NCBI GenBank assembly: GCA_951406725.2
Contig: OX597819.1
Coordinates: forward strand, 49,104,001-49,168,000
Reading direction: 5' to 3'
Length of the DNA stretch: 64,000 bases
Source: Octopus vulgaris
Lineage: Eukaryota
Shown here: positions 12,421-25,951 of the stretch, piece after piece
Layout: each line of letters starts with the position of its first letter
How positions within the stretch are numbered: position 1 is the first letter of the stretch
Program-made: the position numbers and the translations under genes
Notes under the pieces: model-generated
Seen by the model: the letters and a program-made list of their open reading frames with translations, nothing else
Databases searched by the model: none
What the model was told of the DNA's origin: nothing

Positions 12421-13366
12421 AAACAAAAATGAATCATATCAAAAGAAATCATTCTCATTTCATCATTGTTATCCACAAAATGCAGCTTATAAATTTTGCT
12501 AATAACTTTTAAATAATGATGATGATGATGATGATAATGATCATCATCATCATTTATCCATTCATTATTTATTAAATATCAAATATTAATCAATTATTAA
12601 CACTGTGGTCATTATAGCAGAACTCAAGTTTTGGTCCCTATCAGATACAAGCTTAATCTATGAGACAAAAGCTACAGGTATTCAACATAGCAACATTTCA
12701 GCTACACCACATGACATCTTACAGATGACATGTCTTTCACATTAGAAAAAAATTTACCCATTTCTGATTTTAGAATTTCTCTGCAAAATTGACCAAATTG
12801 GTTAAATTCACTGCTTATCTCCTTGATTAGAAGCTTCCTGTCACACTCCACGATTACATCATGTATGTATAGAGCCCACTCTCTCTCTCACTCTCTCTAT
12901 CCAATATTTTGTCTCTGAGATTTAGTTAAGGATTCTAACTTTTATTTCAATGCATTAACTACTGTCTCACACACTTTTAAAAACAAACACTCATTCCTAT
13001 GTAGATAATAAAATCCCTTGCTCGAGCTTAACTTTCTGTATACAGACATCATCTTTTAAAGGTGACTTAAACTGATGTTTCTTCCATTATCAGTGATCTT
13101 TTACAGCATGAAAGAAAAACAAAACACACCATCCTGAAATATTATTCTTTCTACTCTACACATGAACACAGTCAAACCGTTCAAAACTGCAACTAATAGT
13201 AGGTTGCACAATCTTTGAGGGTCTTCCATTGTGAGCAAACAATTATAATAAGGCCTAAGGTGTATACTAGTCCTTCTCAAACTTTTTTTAACTATTTACC
13301 CCTCATCTTCTATTAATACTTTTTCAATGAGCCCCTGCCACCATGCCTAAATAAATTTTGTTCCTT

Positions 13367-13368
<2 letters not shown>

Positions 13369-13434
<66 letters not shown>

Positions 13435-13535
13435 GTACATGTATGTATGTATGTATGTATGTATGTATGTATGTATGTATGTACGTACATACGTACGTAT
13501 ACACGTACACACACACACACACTCACACATACACA
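13369..13535. repeat. (CA)n/(TATG)n compound microsatellite
   Basis: Seen directly. Confidence 0.95.
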
Positions 13536-14139
13536 GAGGAGAAAAGAGAAGGTAAATCCATGCTACATACATATGGAGTGAGGATTTACCTTGTCTATTC
13601 CTTACATCTAACACTCCATAATCACATAATTAGCAGTCTCCATTGCTAAACTGTGAATGATATAGTTACACTCATTTTATGGAGATCTCCATTAAATCCA
13701 ATATGGGGTAAAGTGTATATATATATATACACACACACACACATACACATGGTGGACTTGCAGCAAATTTTAGTGACAATGCTTTTATACACAGTGAGAA
13801 GAGGTCAAAGTTGGAATCATGGTGCTTTTGTTGTTGCGAAGCAAACTTCTTAACAGCACACAACCATTTTCCTGTTAATTTTATTAATTTGTTTATTTGC
13901 ATCCGAGCGACTTCTTCCTTTGTTCCATCTTTCTTTGTTCACCAGAGAATAGAGCAGAGATCAAGGTTTAAGGGCTGAATCCAACAAAGTACATTCTATA
14001 AACAAACAAATCAATAAAGCTAGAAGTTAATCATGGTCAGTGCATGTTACGTAAATTCTAATCTGGGATTGCAACATGATTGAACTAGACATGTGTAAAG
14101 AGAAAATCAACATCATTTCACAGACTGTGCTTCCATCTA

Positions 14140-14590
14140 GATTTTCTTTGTTATTTCTCTTCCTTCAAATTTTTCTTCTCTTTCTCTCTCTCTCTCTCTC
14201 TTTTATCCCCCTCCAAATCTTCTTATTCTTCATATTTTTTTTTCTATTTTTAACTCAATTTTTTACTCCTTTTTTCCTTCTCATCCACATTTTCTTCTTA
14301 CTTTCTCCATCTTCTTTGTTTCTTTCTTTCTTTTCACTCTTATATCCTCCCTTCTTTCTCTTCTTTGTTTTTCTTTCTTACCTAACCACCTTTTTCCTTC
14401 TCTCTTCTTTTCCTCCTCCCTTTCTCTTCTATTCTTCCCTTTCTCTCTCACTCTTTCAGGCCATAAAGATTAATCTCCCTTCCCCTTACATATTCTAGTT
14501 TGTTCTTATTTTATATTCCACCCCCTCTCTCTCTCTTTCCTTCCTGCTCTATCTCTTTTCACTCACTCACTTGTTTTTCCTTCTCAGCTC
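14140..14590 (+). repeat. Long polypyrimidine (CT-rich) low-complexity tract
   Basis: About 450 bp almost devoid of G. Confidence 0.85.
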
Positions 14591-14980
14591 TTTACCGGTT
14601 GTTTGATGTGACACAGATAACAGTCCATTTGCTTTTAGTTTTCGACTTTACTGAAGCAAAAACAACAATCTTTCTTGCCAGCCATCCTGCTTCTCTCCAA
14701 TGCCAAGTAGGATTCAGCTTGAAAAACTAGTCAATTGAGTTGTTTTCAACATTGCTATTTCAAAGTTTCAAGGCTTCTAACCTTGACAACAACTCACTCT
14801 GCTGTCAATGCTTGTCAAAAGTAGAAAGGTTGCTAAACCTCCATGCATGAAACAGAGAGATGGGGGAGGAAAAGATGGAGATGTGATAGAAAACAACGTT
14901 AGAGAAGAAAGAGAGTGATTACATGTGCATAAAGTAATACTTTTGTGCATACACACTTGCATGTGTATCTACACATATGT

Positions 14981-15209
14981 GGAGGCGCAATGGCCTAGTG
15001 GTTAGGGCAGCGGACTTGCGGTCGGAGGATCGCGGTTTCGATTCCCAGACCGGGCGTTGTGTGTGTTTATTGAGCGAAAACACCTAAAAAAAAAGCTCCA
15101 CGAGGCTCCGGCAGGAGGTGGTGATCCCTGCTGTACTCAAAAGGCAGTGCTCCAGCATGGCCACAGTCAAATGACTGAAACAAGTACAAAAAAAAAAAAA
15201 AAAAAAAAA
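14981..15209 (+). mobile_element. Young chimeric SINE: family C tRNA head, family A 3' tail, poly(A)
   Basis: ggaggcgcaatggcctagtggttagggcagcggacttgcggtcggaggatcgcggtttcgattccc (A and B boxes), then aaaggcagtgctccagcatggccacagtcaaatgactgaaacaagt and a poly(A) run. Confidence 0.9.
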
Positions 15210-15907
15210 TATATAGGTTTCCGCCTACACATGCATGGGTATCTATACATGCATCTGTATATCTACATGTGTATGTACACCAAATAAACTGATATATTCT
15301 TCAAATATTTGGTCAAAGTTTTGGCAAACTCTTAATCATTAACTTTTTGCAGTGAAGCAACTTCAATGTTCCTTGCAATTCACAGAGAAGCTTAGGAATT
15401 TGCATCTAAACTATATGTGCATGTGAGTGCATGTGTGTGTGCATGTGTGTGTGTGTGTGTGTGTGTGTTTGCGTGCTTTCACACCATTTTACACATGTTT
15501 AGAGGAAGAGCGTTAGTCTTGTTATTTGCAACATTTTAGTGTCAAAAGAAAATTGTAAAATCTTGCATGTTGCATAAATTTCCAATTCTTTACCATCATC
15601 AGCACCACTGCTGTTACTATTGTCACTACTACCGCTGCCACTGCCGCCACCACCACCACCACCACCACCACCACAGTCACTACTACCACCTCCACCTCCA
15701 CTATCATTCTTATTGTTTTATGTCTGCTTTTCCACGTTAGATCGACTGGATGAGTTCTCTCTGACACACCATCTCACCATTATTAATTACTTTGAAAAAA
15801 AAACATCTATGAATCTGTTTGTATGACTATGGTTTTTTTTTTCTATGCTTCTCCATATTTCAATATCATTTCTAACAATTTAATATTCTATATTATATAT
15901 TATAAGT

Positions 15908-16605
15908 GTGAAGGCACATGGCCTAATGGTTAGGGCGTTGCACTCATGATTGTAAGATTATAGTTTCAATTCCAGGATTGGGTGGTACATTGTCTTCTTG
16001 ACCAAAATGCTTAATTTCACATTGATCTAGTTTGCTCTGCTGTAAATGAGCTCCAAAATAGCTGGGAAGTCAACCATGTGACAGACTGGCTGAATTAACC
16101 TATGTTGTCAACAAGAACACTAACAATAACATAAACAAAAACGAGCCAAATAATTTCCAATTTAATCAAGGGTGGGGAGAGTGTTGTAATCTCAGTTATT
16201 TATATGCTATGGAGACTGGGTGCCACGATGGTACTTTAGGGTACCCAGTGATGGTACCTTAGGTAATTGAGGTAGGATTATTGTAATTGAAAATTATGGT
16301 ATCTTAGTGTAATTACTAATCGCAAAAATAATTTGCATGTATCTTTAATTACTGGGAGGAGGTGCATGGCTTAGTGATTTGGGTGTTGGACTCATGATCA
16401 TAAGATTGTTGTTTTGGTTCCTGGACACATTGTGTTCTTGAGCAAAACACTTCATTTCACATTGCTCCAGTCCACTCAGTTGCCCAAAGCGAGTAATCCT
16501 GTGAGGGACTGGCATCCCATCCAGGTGGAGAATTTATGCACCATGGAAACTGGAAAACCGGCCCTTATGGGTCAGCATGACTTGAAAAGGTAACTTTACC
16601 TTTTT
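15908..16605 (+). mobile_element. Two family G tRNA-derived SINEs (~15908-16090, ~16357-16605)
   Basis: ggcacatggcctaatggttagggcgttgcactcatgat...ttgtgttcttgagcaaaacacttcatttcacattgctccagtccactcag. Also at ~23530, ~45578 and ~50040(-). Confidence 0.75.
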
Positions 16606-17699
16606 TTTTAAGTATTAGCAGAAATTAGGAAAATGCAACTGTCAAAACTGATTTTGGTTACAGGAAGGAAAGCATGCTTGAAGCTAAATTCTCAGTCATG
16701 CTTAAAATATGACCTGATCCAACTGGTTTTAATTTAATTATGAGTCTAGTATATGACAAAATCAAATTCCTTTTCAAAATGAATGCAAAGGAAGTCAAAC
16801 CATAATTTTTTCTTTATTGTATCTCTGTAATCATCTATTGATATTAGCAGCTGTATAACTATTGGAATACAATCATAGTCCATGGGAAGAACATAATAAC
16901 AATTGGTAACAATTACTTTCCTTAAGTACTGATTATGTACTGATACATCCACATTATGTTAATACCTCACATGTCTTTCTTCCATATGACTTCAGTTATT
17001 AAAGTAGACGTTGAAGAATGGTTTGGAATGAACAGGAGATAATGTTCATAATAAATTATACAAGCCAACCTACCCTGTAGATTATAGTTCTACTTCACCT
17101 ACATCTATAGAATTATACATTGATTGACCTCACAGAACAAGAGAAAAAGAAAGAGTGAGAGAAGGAGAAGAGAAAAAGTAAGGGAAAGTACAATACAAAA
17201 ATGTCTAGAAACTCCAGGTGATATTCTCTGAGAAAAACTCACCATTATAATAAACAGTTTTTGCCTTATTTTATTTATTTTGTATAACAGCTGATGAACA
17301 ATAGAGCTGTTGGTTATATGCCTGTGACAAGCCAATCACTGGCTCACTGAATTTCTGGTAACAAAAGTGATAAGGGAGTGTCTGTAAGTTAGAGTGGAAC
17401 AACTACTGCAAAGGACTTTGTTCAAGAAGTACTAGGTTTACAATCTTCACACTGCTGTTTACACCCTTTAAAAAAAGATGTTTACATTCACATGTATATA
17501 TATGCAAACACATGCACATGCACACACATGCACATGCACATGCACACACATACATACGCTGCAAAAGTAGTTGCGATTAGGAAGGGCACCAAGTCATAGA
17601 AATCAGGCCAAAATAAAAAGTATGAATGAGACATGGGCCTCTGACCATATGTAGGAGTAAATCTGAAGACCTGTTCCGTCCATACCAATATGGAAAGCA

Positions 17700-17733
<34 letters not shown>

Positions 17734-18159
17734 AGTATAGAAAATGCACACACCAGTATGAAAAACTCAAACACACTCACACACACACACATGCGCGCAC
17801 ATACATGTGAAACGGTGCTACTCAATGGGATTGAACCAAAACCATGTCATTATGAAGCAAACTTCTTTTAACCTCACAGCCATGTCATACAGCTTTGACT
17901 TACAGAGAAATAAAACAGGGGACAGTGGTACATTTAACTATAATAGTAAACAAGCATCAACTAAATGGCAGAGAAAAATGGTAAATCATGAAATAACTAC
18001 AAAAGGAAAAAAGAATGAAAGGGATATTCCTTATACAAATAGCCACATGTATATGTAAACATGTGCATAAAAACATGCACTAATGCACGAATGTATATGT
18101 GTATACACTTGCATAAAGGTGCACATATATATTTTCATGATGTTGCTGTAAAAACAAGT

Positions 18160-18322
18160 AGGCGTAGGAGTGGCTGTGTGGTAAGTAGCTTGCTTACGAA
18201 CCACATGGTTCCGGGTTCAGTCCCACTGCGTGGCACCTTGGGTAAGTGTCTTTTTGCTATAGCCTCAGGCTAACCAAAGCCTTGTGAGTGGATTTGGTAG
18301 ATGGAAACTGAAAGAAGCCTGT

Positions 18323-18357
<35 letters not shown>

Positions 18358-19070
18358 GACGGTCAATCACACAGTAATTTCCCTTTGTATAACGGTCATT
18401 TTTCATAGCATTTTTCTGATGGCCAGATAACTGAAGAGATGGCGGCATGGATTTCCACCTTGGCATCCAAAACTTGGATTTTATCATGGCTACCGAAGAA
18501 TTGTCACATATTACATTTACAGATAAATTCCTCTATTTACATAATATCGAGGTCTCTTTCTTTCTTTTGTTGTTTTACCATTTTTATCAATATGTATATA
18601 TATATATAGGGAGAATTCACGAAAAAACAAAAGACGAAGGCAGGTGGTGTAGAAAACAAACAGATGTATTAGTATAATGCTCGGGAATTGAAAAGCCTTT
18701 AACGTTTTGAGCCTACGCTCTTCCACAGAAAGGAAAACAGAAAGTAACAAGGAGAGAAACAAGGAAAGAAAAAAAGGAGAGAAAAAAATGTGTGTAGTGG
18801 CTACCGATCTATCATGGTGAATATATATATATATATATGTTTGTGTGTATATGTTTGTGTGTCTGTGTTTGTCCCCCCCAGCATTGCTTGACAACCGATG
18901 CTGGTGTCTTTACATCCCTGTAACTTAACGGTTCGGCAAAAACAGACCGATAGAATAAGTACTAAGTTTACAAAGAATAAGTCCTGGGGTTGATTTGCTC
19001 GACTAAAGGCAGTGCTCCAGCATGGCCACAGTCAAATGACTGAAACAAGTAAATGAGTAAAAAAGAGTAA
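18160..19070 (+). mobile_element. Family A SINE interrupted in its (TA)n tract by a ~460-bp insertion
   Basis: 5' half at 18160-18355 and 3' half at ~18822-19070 match the intact copies at 26607 and 33622. Confidence 0.9.
18361..18820. mobile_element. Insertion with two decayed hammerhead-like modules (Penelope-like terminal fragments)
   Basis: + strand CTGAAGA-gatg...catc-cAAAAC at 18431-18473. - strand cttt-CTGTGGA-a-gagc-gtag-gctc-AAAA-cgtt-aaag at 18697-18732. Confidence 0.5.
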
Positions 19071-19674
19071 AGCACAAGTAGTTGAATCAATAATGTCTAA
19101 ATAGGAAGAGACAAATTAATTGTTAATCTACTTATGTACTGTTGGCATTTAGTAATTTTGGGTCAGGCTGGAAATTATGTTGGAGACAATGGCAAATCAC
19201 CCATTAGTATTTCTTATTACATGCTGTGAAAAATATTTCAACTGATGTAAATGTGCAGCAGTTGTAATAGATGTGCAACAAAAAGCCCCATGTAGTAGTT
19301 CACTTGGAGTTACACCATAAAAAATAAAAATAAGCAAGGCGTATGGGTGGCTGTGTGGTAAGTAGCTTGCTTGCCAACCACATGGTTCCAGGTTCAGTCC
19401 CACTGCATGGCACGTTGGGCAAAGTCAACCTCAGTGGAATTTGAACTCAGAATGTAGTGATGGGCGAAATGCCGCTAAACATTTTGTCCAGCATGCTAAC
19501 GATTCTGCCATCTCATAATGATTTCTTTTATTTGCCACAAAGGTGAAGGATGGGAGGACAATACAAAGGCTGACATAAAATGTAGGGTTTACAGATAATG
19601 AAAGGGGGAAAAAAATAGAAGTAAAAGGAAAAAAGAAGAGGAAAAAAGGATAATAATGATAATAGTAATAATCA

Positions 19675-20020
19675 ATTCTTTTATTAGCCACAAGGGCTCA
19701 CATAAAACAATATTAAATGACATGCAATGACATAAAAAACAAAAATAGGACGATACAATGGGTTTTGCCATGTGTAAACAAATTAAACAAATTAAAATTC
19801 CCAATAGAGGAGGTACTTTAAGGTCCTTGTGGAAAACCCCACAAAAACCACAGGTGCCTGATCAACAGAGCCTTTCTTTTATTTCTCAGAGGTGCATGCT
19901 CAGAATTGGTTCTTTCACACTAGCCATTCTTCCAACATTCACCCACCTTTCAACAAACTTGCTACAAAGCAAGAACGTCTTAGAGAGAATATTTGTAAGA
20001 GTCTGGTGGTTCGAGGCAAG
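19675..20020 (-). mobile_element. LINE 3' end fragment (ORF terminus ...KFVERWVNVGRMASVKEPILSMHL* plus 3' UTR)
   Basis: The minus strand has a short coding-like run ending in a stop, then a UTR ending gagcccttgtggctaataaaagaatt, similar to the family B tail. Clade not determined. Confidence 0.5.
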
Positions 20021-20179
20021 CTTTGAAATATTGTTAAGTTAGTGTTAACACATTTAACATGAGTATTTACAAAGCTAACTGTAAATAATTATTTCTAATT
20101 AGAGGGAAAAACATAACGACTACAGAATGATCTTTTACTGTTGTAAATTGTACTTTATTTGTTAGCTGAATTTCATTTA

Positions 20180-20575
20180 TCTTTTATCTTTTACTTGTTT
20201 CAGTCATTAGACTGTGGCCATGCTGGGGCACTGCCTCGAAGAATTTTTAGTTGAATGAATCGACCCCAGTACTTATTTTTGTTTAGTGCGGTACTTACAC
20301 TATCGATCTCGTTTGCTGAGCCATTAAGTTATGGGGACATGAACATACCAGCACTGGTTGTAAAGTGGTGGTGGGGGACAAACACACACACATACACACT
20401 CTCTCTCACAGAAACACACACACATACACAGATATATATGATGAGTTTCTTTCAATTACTGTCTACCAAATCTACTCACAAGGCTTTGGTTGGCCCAAGG
20501 CTATAGTAGAAGACACTTGACCAAGGTGCCATGCAGTGGATTGAACCTGGAACCATGTGGCTGGAAAGCAAGTCA
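20180..20575 (-). mobile_element. Family A SINE
   Basis: Matches the reverse complement of the A consensus. Confidence 0.85.
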
Positions 20576-21211
20576 TGCCTTGTAGTATGGATATATTATA
20601 TTTGTTATTATTTAGTCTAAGGAAAGTATTAGTTTAGTAGCAGTCTTAGGACCTATAAATGGAATGACATTGAAATAACTCTGTAAGGATTGCATAGCTA
20701 ATGATCTAATTCAATTCTTGATTGGCAGAAAGAGAATTTCAGAGAGATAAAGTTCTGGGAAAGAAATATTGGGTAATATTGTGTATAATGACATAAGTGA
20801 AAATGATGGAAGAAATGTGGGAAAATGGTTATTTTAAATGGATCTAGGTAGCGAAAAAGGGACAACTGAGTCAGATGTGACCTACTACAGCAATGTTTTG
20901 TCCAGGCTCTGGCTCAATTATATATATAAAAAAACAAATAAACTTACTTTTATTTTAAATTTTAAAATATTCTGTAAAATATATATTGCAAGCATACACT
21001 GAGAGTAAGAGCCCAACTAGAGTTGTGACTAACATTGGTTCTTATCAGTCAAATCACTGTTTCTGAGGAAATCTTTTGTTATTTCAATCAATGTAAAAGA
21101 GGTTTATGAATACACCTAATAAAGGACGTGATCTATTTCCCCTTCCCTTTGTATTTACATGCCAAGCCAAGCAGTAGTATTGACTCTATGTGGTTTAATT
21201 AGTTCAATACC

Positions 21212-21439
21212 TCAACCCTTGTGATGCTAACCCACTTGAGATCACTCTTAATTCTATGATACAAACTTCCCCTTTCAGGGTGGTCTAAATTTAAAACTTT
21301 ACACCAAAATTTCAAGTAAATTCATGTTCCAAACCCCAACTCAGTATGGTAATTATTTTACTGAATTCTTCATTGTTTTCAAAATTAATTAAAACCAAGG
21401 TGGTCTGTTTCAAAAGAAATATGGTAACGAAAGGGTTAA
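21212..21439. mobile_element. TTAA-flanked (piggyBac-like) MITE
   Basis: Ends tcaacccttgtgat / gtaacgaaagggttaa. The interior is homologous, in reverse, to 25721-25951. Confidence 0.55.
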
Positions 21440-22024
21440 GCTCTGAACCATATATGTACTAAAAGTTTTACAGATTCAACGTATCAATTTTTTTTGCACT
21501 TCATGTCTTGGGAGTTTTATAAATTCTGCACTATGGTCTTTAATTATAAAAGTTTAAATCTTGTCTGTAAAAAGTTTAAAATTAGAAAGCTGTCTCAGTT
21601 GCAAAAAACAACGAATTGTTTGGATAAGTAGGAAGTTGTAGTTTCTAAAGCTGATAAGAAAACTTACTAGAGTTGTTTGTACTGAACATGTCATAGAGAC
21701 ATTATTTTTTTTTTTGCTTTATTTTATTTTTTATTTTTACCTTTCATTTATTTATTCCTATGACTTTAGCTCTTGTTTCTTTACTGCTGACATAAGAGCC
21801 AACAACTTATTTCTGGGTGGGAAATATAAGTTTTACAATTTCCCTATCCTGTCACATAGCACAATTGAATGCTTACAAGCAATTGCAAACAGATGGGTAT
21901 TGGAGTATATAGCTATACTATAGATATTGAGTATTGTTAAAAGCAAGGAGTTATACTGGCCTATATTGTTAACAATGACTTATAACAACACACACACACA
22001 AAAAGGCTCTTTAAAAAAGATAAT

Positions 22025-22180
22025 AGCCTGGTTGTGTGGTAATAAGCTTGCTTCCCAACCACATGGTTCTAGGTTCAGTCCCATTGTGTGGCATCTTGGG
22101 CAAGTGTCTTCTACTATAGCCTCTGGGTCGACTAAAGCCTTGTGAGTGGATTTAGTAGACGGAAACTAAAAGAAGCCCAT

Positions 22181-22250
<70 letters not shown>

Positions 22251-22440
22251 TTTGTGTTTTTGTTTGTCCTCCCATCACCACTTGACAACCGGTGTTAGTG
22301 TGTTTTACATGCCTGTAACTTAGAGGTTCGGCAAAAGAGACTGACAGAATGAGTACTAGGCTTAAAAAGGGATTGACTTGGTTGGCTAAAACCTTTCAAA
22401 ATCACTGAAACAAGTAAAAGAATAACAGAATAAAAGAATA
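22025..22440 (+). mobile_element. Family A SINE
   Basis: Head, central (CA)/(TA)/(TG) microsatellite and tail are all present. Confidence 0.85.
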
Positions 22441-23125
22441 ATAGTTTCTAATATAACTCCCATTACGTAACCCTATATCTCTTTTTCCTCTTCTCTACTC
22501 CTACACCTTACAAGGCATTCTGTTACCTTCTGTTCTATTCTCCTTCCTGGGCCACTCCTATATCTCCCACCTTACCCTTCTACACACTGGTATTTCCCAT
22601 CATCTGCACCCTCGCCCTTGTTCATCCCTCATAACATTAATCTCTACCTCCATCCATTTACTCCCCCGCTCACACTCTTACGAAAGCACTTACTTTCTCA
22701 TTCCTTCCTGTGACCCACCTCCCATTTCCTATCTTACGCTTACCTTCTTCTTCCTTGAGAGTTTGCTCTAGCACAGTGGCAGACTGGTGTGTCACAAGAC
22801 GATGCTAGGTGTGCCACAGTGTAACCTGAATATAATTTTTTCCCTATACTTTTAGTTCAGGTATTCCACCGAATTCTGAAAAGGATATAAGTGTACCACA
22901 AGGGAAAAAAGGTTGCAGGGTACAGCTTGAGCACCTCATCACTTCCTCTTATCTCCTTCAGCCATATATCTCCTCTATAACAAGTTCCTTGTGCTTGTCA
23001 TTATCATACTTTACCCTTTCAATGCTTGGCATACAGCCATCCACCTCCACCTTCCCCTCCTAAATACTCCCTCTTAGTGGTGGGAGTTTTTTCTTTCCTT
23101 TCTCATCTTTCTCTGTTCTTTTCTT

Positions 23126-23356
23126 ATTTCTTTATTGCCCACAAGGGGCTAAACATAGAGGGGACAAACAAGGACAGATAAAGGGATTAAGTCGATTACA
23201 TCGACCCCAGTGCATAACTGGTACTTAATTTATCAACCCTGAAAGGATGAAAGGCAAAGTTGACCTCGGCGGAATTTGAACTCAGAACATAACGGCAGAC
23301 GAAATACCACTAAGTATTTCGCCCAGCGGGCTAACATTTCTGCCAGCTCACTGCCT
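23126..23356 (-). mobile_element. Family B SINE with TSD
   Basis: Full length, flanked on both sides by tctctgttcttttt. Confidence 0.85.
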
Positions 23357-24440
23357 CTATTCTCTGTTCTTTTCTATCTTACAAGTTACTAGGCAAACGC
23401 ACTAATGCCCATGGTGGCATGTGAAAAGCAACCCAGTACACTCTGTAACATGTTTGGTATTAGGAAGGGCATCCAGCTGTAGGAACCATGCCACTGATGA
23501 CGTTGGAGCTTGACACAGCCCAGCAGTTTGTTGTGTCCTTGAGTAAGACACTTTATTTCACATTGCTCCAGTCCACTCAGCTGACAGAAATGAGTAGTAC
23601 CTATATTTCAAACAGCCAGCCTTGTCTCACTCTGTGTCACATTGAATTTGCCAGAGAACTACATTAAGGGTACATGTGTCTGTGGAGTGCTCAACCACTT
23701 GCATGTTAATTTCACGAGTAGGCTGACCTGTTGATTGGATCAACTTGAACCCTTGTTGTTGTAACTGATGGAGTGCTAGTTTAACTATCACTGGAGTATC
23801 TTTGTTAATACTTAGATAAGTTTCAGCCAGAACTGGCCTAGGCCATGACTAACTTAATGGTTCGCATCTGTGGCTCAACAGCAGGACAGACCTGTGGCTA
23901 AACAGCAATATCCTCAATATTCCATCGAGGCGACAACAACATGGTTACTTGACCTGCTAGAAATAGCAACTGAATTTCCCTCCAGCCACAACCCCACCTA
24001 CCATCTTACATACACACAGGCCACATTCCATAATGTATGTCTATATATCCCTAAATAGAGGATGGTCCTGACTGAAATACTTTTAATAACACATCAACTT
24101 GATTAGGGAAAACATGAAGCCACGTACAACAACACTCTCAACACTACTACACTGCAGAATAGTTTGCTTGTAGATTGATTATGGTAGGAAAATTTATTAC
24201 TAAACATTTCTCACTAATTTGATATTCCATTTTCTCAAACACACACACTTGCTTTCTCTATTTGTTCTATTGTTCTCCTACCATTCCTACCATTCTCCTC
24301 TTCTCTTTACATTATATGTCCATTATTTCTTTTTATTCTCTTTCCATTCTTTACCATAGTTTTCCATCTTTGATTTGGACAGATGAGAGCAGAGGAGTAC
24401 ATGTCCACTTCAAGAGTTAGTAATTTACTGTATACAAATC

Positions 24441-24835
24441 AGGTGCAGGAGTGGCTATGTGGTAAGTAGCTTGCTTACCAACCACATGGTTCTGGGTTCA
24501 GTCCCACTGCGTGGCACCTTGGGCAAGTGTCTTCTACTATAGCCTTGGGCTAATCAAAGCCTTGTGAGTGGATTTGGTAGACGGAAACTGAAAGAAGCCT
24601 GTCGTATATATGTATATGTGTGAGTGTGTGTGTGTTTGTGTGTCTGTGTTTGTCCCTCCCAGCATCGCTTGACAACCAATGCAGTTTCGCAAAAGGAGAC
24701 CATTAAAATAAGTACTAGGCTTTCAAAGAATAAGTCGATTTGCTTGACTAATGGGGTCGATTTGCTTGACTAATGGTGGTGCTCCAACATGGCTGCAGTC
24801 AAATGACTGAAACAAGTAAAAGAGTAAAAGAGAGA
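24441..24835 (+). mobile_element. Family A SINE
   Basis: aggagtggctatgtggtaagtagcttgcttaccaacc...gactgaaacaagtaaaagagtaaaagag. Confidence 0.9.
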
Positions 24836-25720
24836 GAAAAACAGTAAATCACCAGTCTGCTTAAGTGGATTGACCTTGAAAAGAAATAAATAAACCATCT
24901 TCTTTACTGTCACACAGCTGTCCCTCAACACCTGGCATATATAAGTCTCAGAATCATGCATAGTCACAGATGCACATAAATATACTGGATTAGGAGACTT
25001 GAAATAATTTTTTCCAGCTAAATTCATCGTAAATGGCTTGCACAGTCTAACATAAGGAGCCATTTTGAATGTAAACAAAAAGATTATTTATTGTGATTGT
25101 GGCCATCACTTTGAAAAGCCTGGTGTTGCAATCATGAAACATCAATTATTAGCAAAGGACAAAGCACATAACACTGATATTCTCAATGGACATGCATGAG
25201 TGCACCAGCCAGTTATTGTTTTTTTTAATCTCCCCCTCCCACCTCTTCCACTCTTTCTCTAAGTATGCATCCCTATAATGGTTCATAGTGATAATTAAAA
25301 TTGATTGTAGGTTAGCTCTTTACATTTTATGGATATTTATATTATATGGAGACCTTTAAAAACTTCTGATTACACTGGCATTTTATTTGTTATCAAATAT
25401 TTATTCAATCATGTTTCTTTGTTACACGTGTTTATAAATAGTACACAAATCAATGAAAGTTGTCAAGGAATGTTCCATTTCATGTTCGACTTTTTAATTA
25501 CTGAAACACCATTCATATATATGCTATTCAACTGTTATATACCAAGCATTACTGTGTGATAGAAAACTACGTCATACCTTAGTAAATAAACACCAAAAAC
25601 AATAGGAGCTTGTAGGTATTTCTCTGTATTGGAACTACACTGATGAAACACGATAAACCTATAGATATCTTTTGCTTATAACAAGCCTGGAAGCTTCTTT
25701 CTTTTAATATATTTACCTGC

Positions 25721-25951
25721 TTAACCATTTTGTTACTGTATTTCCGTTGAGATGCTCTGTGTTTTTGTTTTTCAATTAATTTTATATATAACAAAGAGTT
25801 TAGCAAGATAACTTTGTAATCATTAAGCTAGTGTTAGGAACATAAATTGTGACTAAAGTTTGGTGGAAGATTTTAATTCAGAACTTTTGAAAACAAGACA
25901 TTTGTACTACAGAGCCAGAGGTGGTTTCAGGGTTGGTATCAAAACAGTTAA
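25721..25951. mobile_element. TTAA-flanked (piggyBac-like) MITE
   Basis: TTAA at both ends with imperfect TIRs (ttaaccattttgttac / gtatcaaaacagttaa). Confidence 0.55.

Noticed and set aside
14580-14760. Possible exon after the long polypyrimidine tract (ttctcag acceptor at ~14587)
   Set aside because: No recognisable protein similarity or clear donor site; needs RNA-seq.
14981-15055. tRNA genes at SINE heads (also 10526, 40053 and others)
   Set aside because: They lack a proper acceptor stem and run straight into SINE bodies, so they are tRNA-derived heads rather than tRNA genes.
22772-22925. Possible Charlie/hAT-type MITE remnant (gtgtgccac...aaaaaggttg)
   Set aside because: Termini are too decayed to define TIRs or a TSD.
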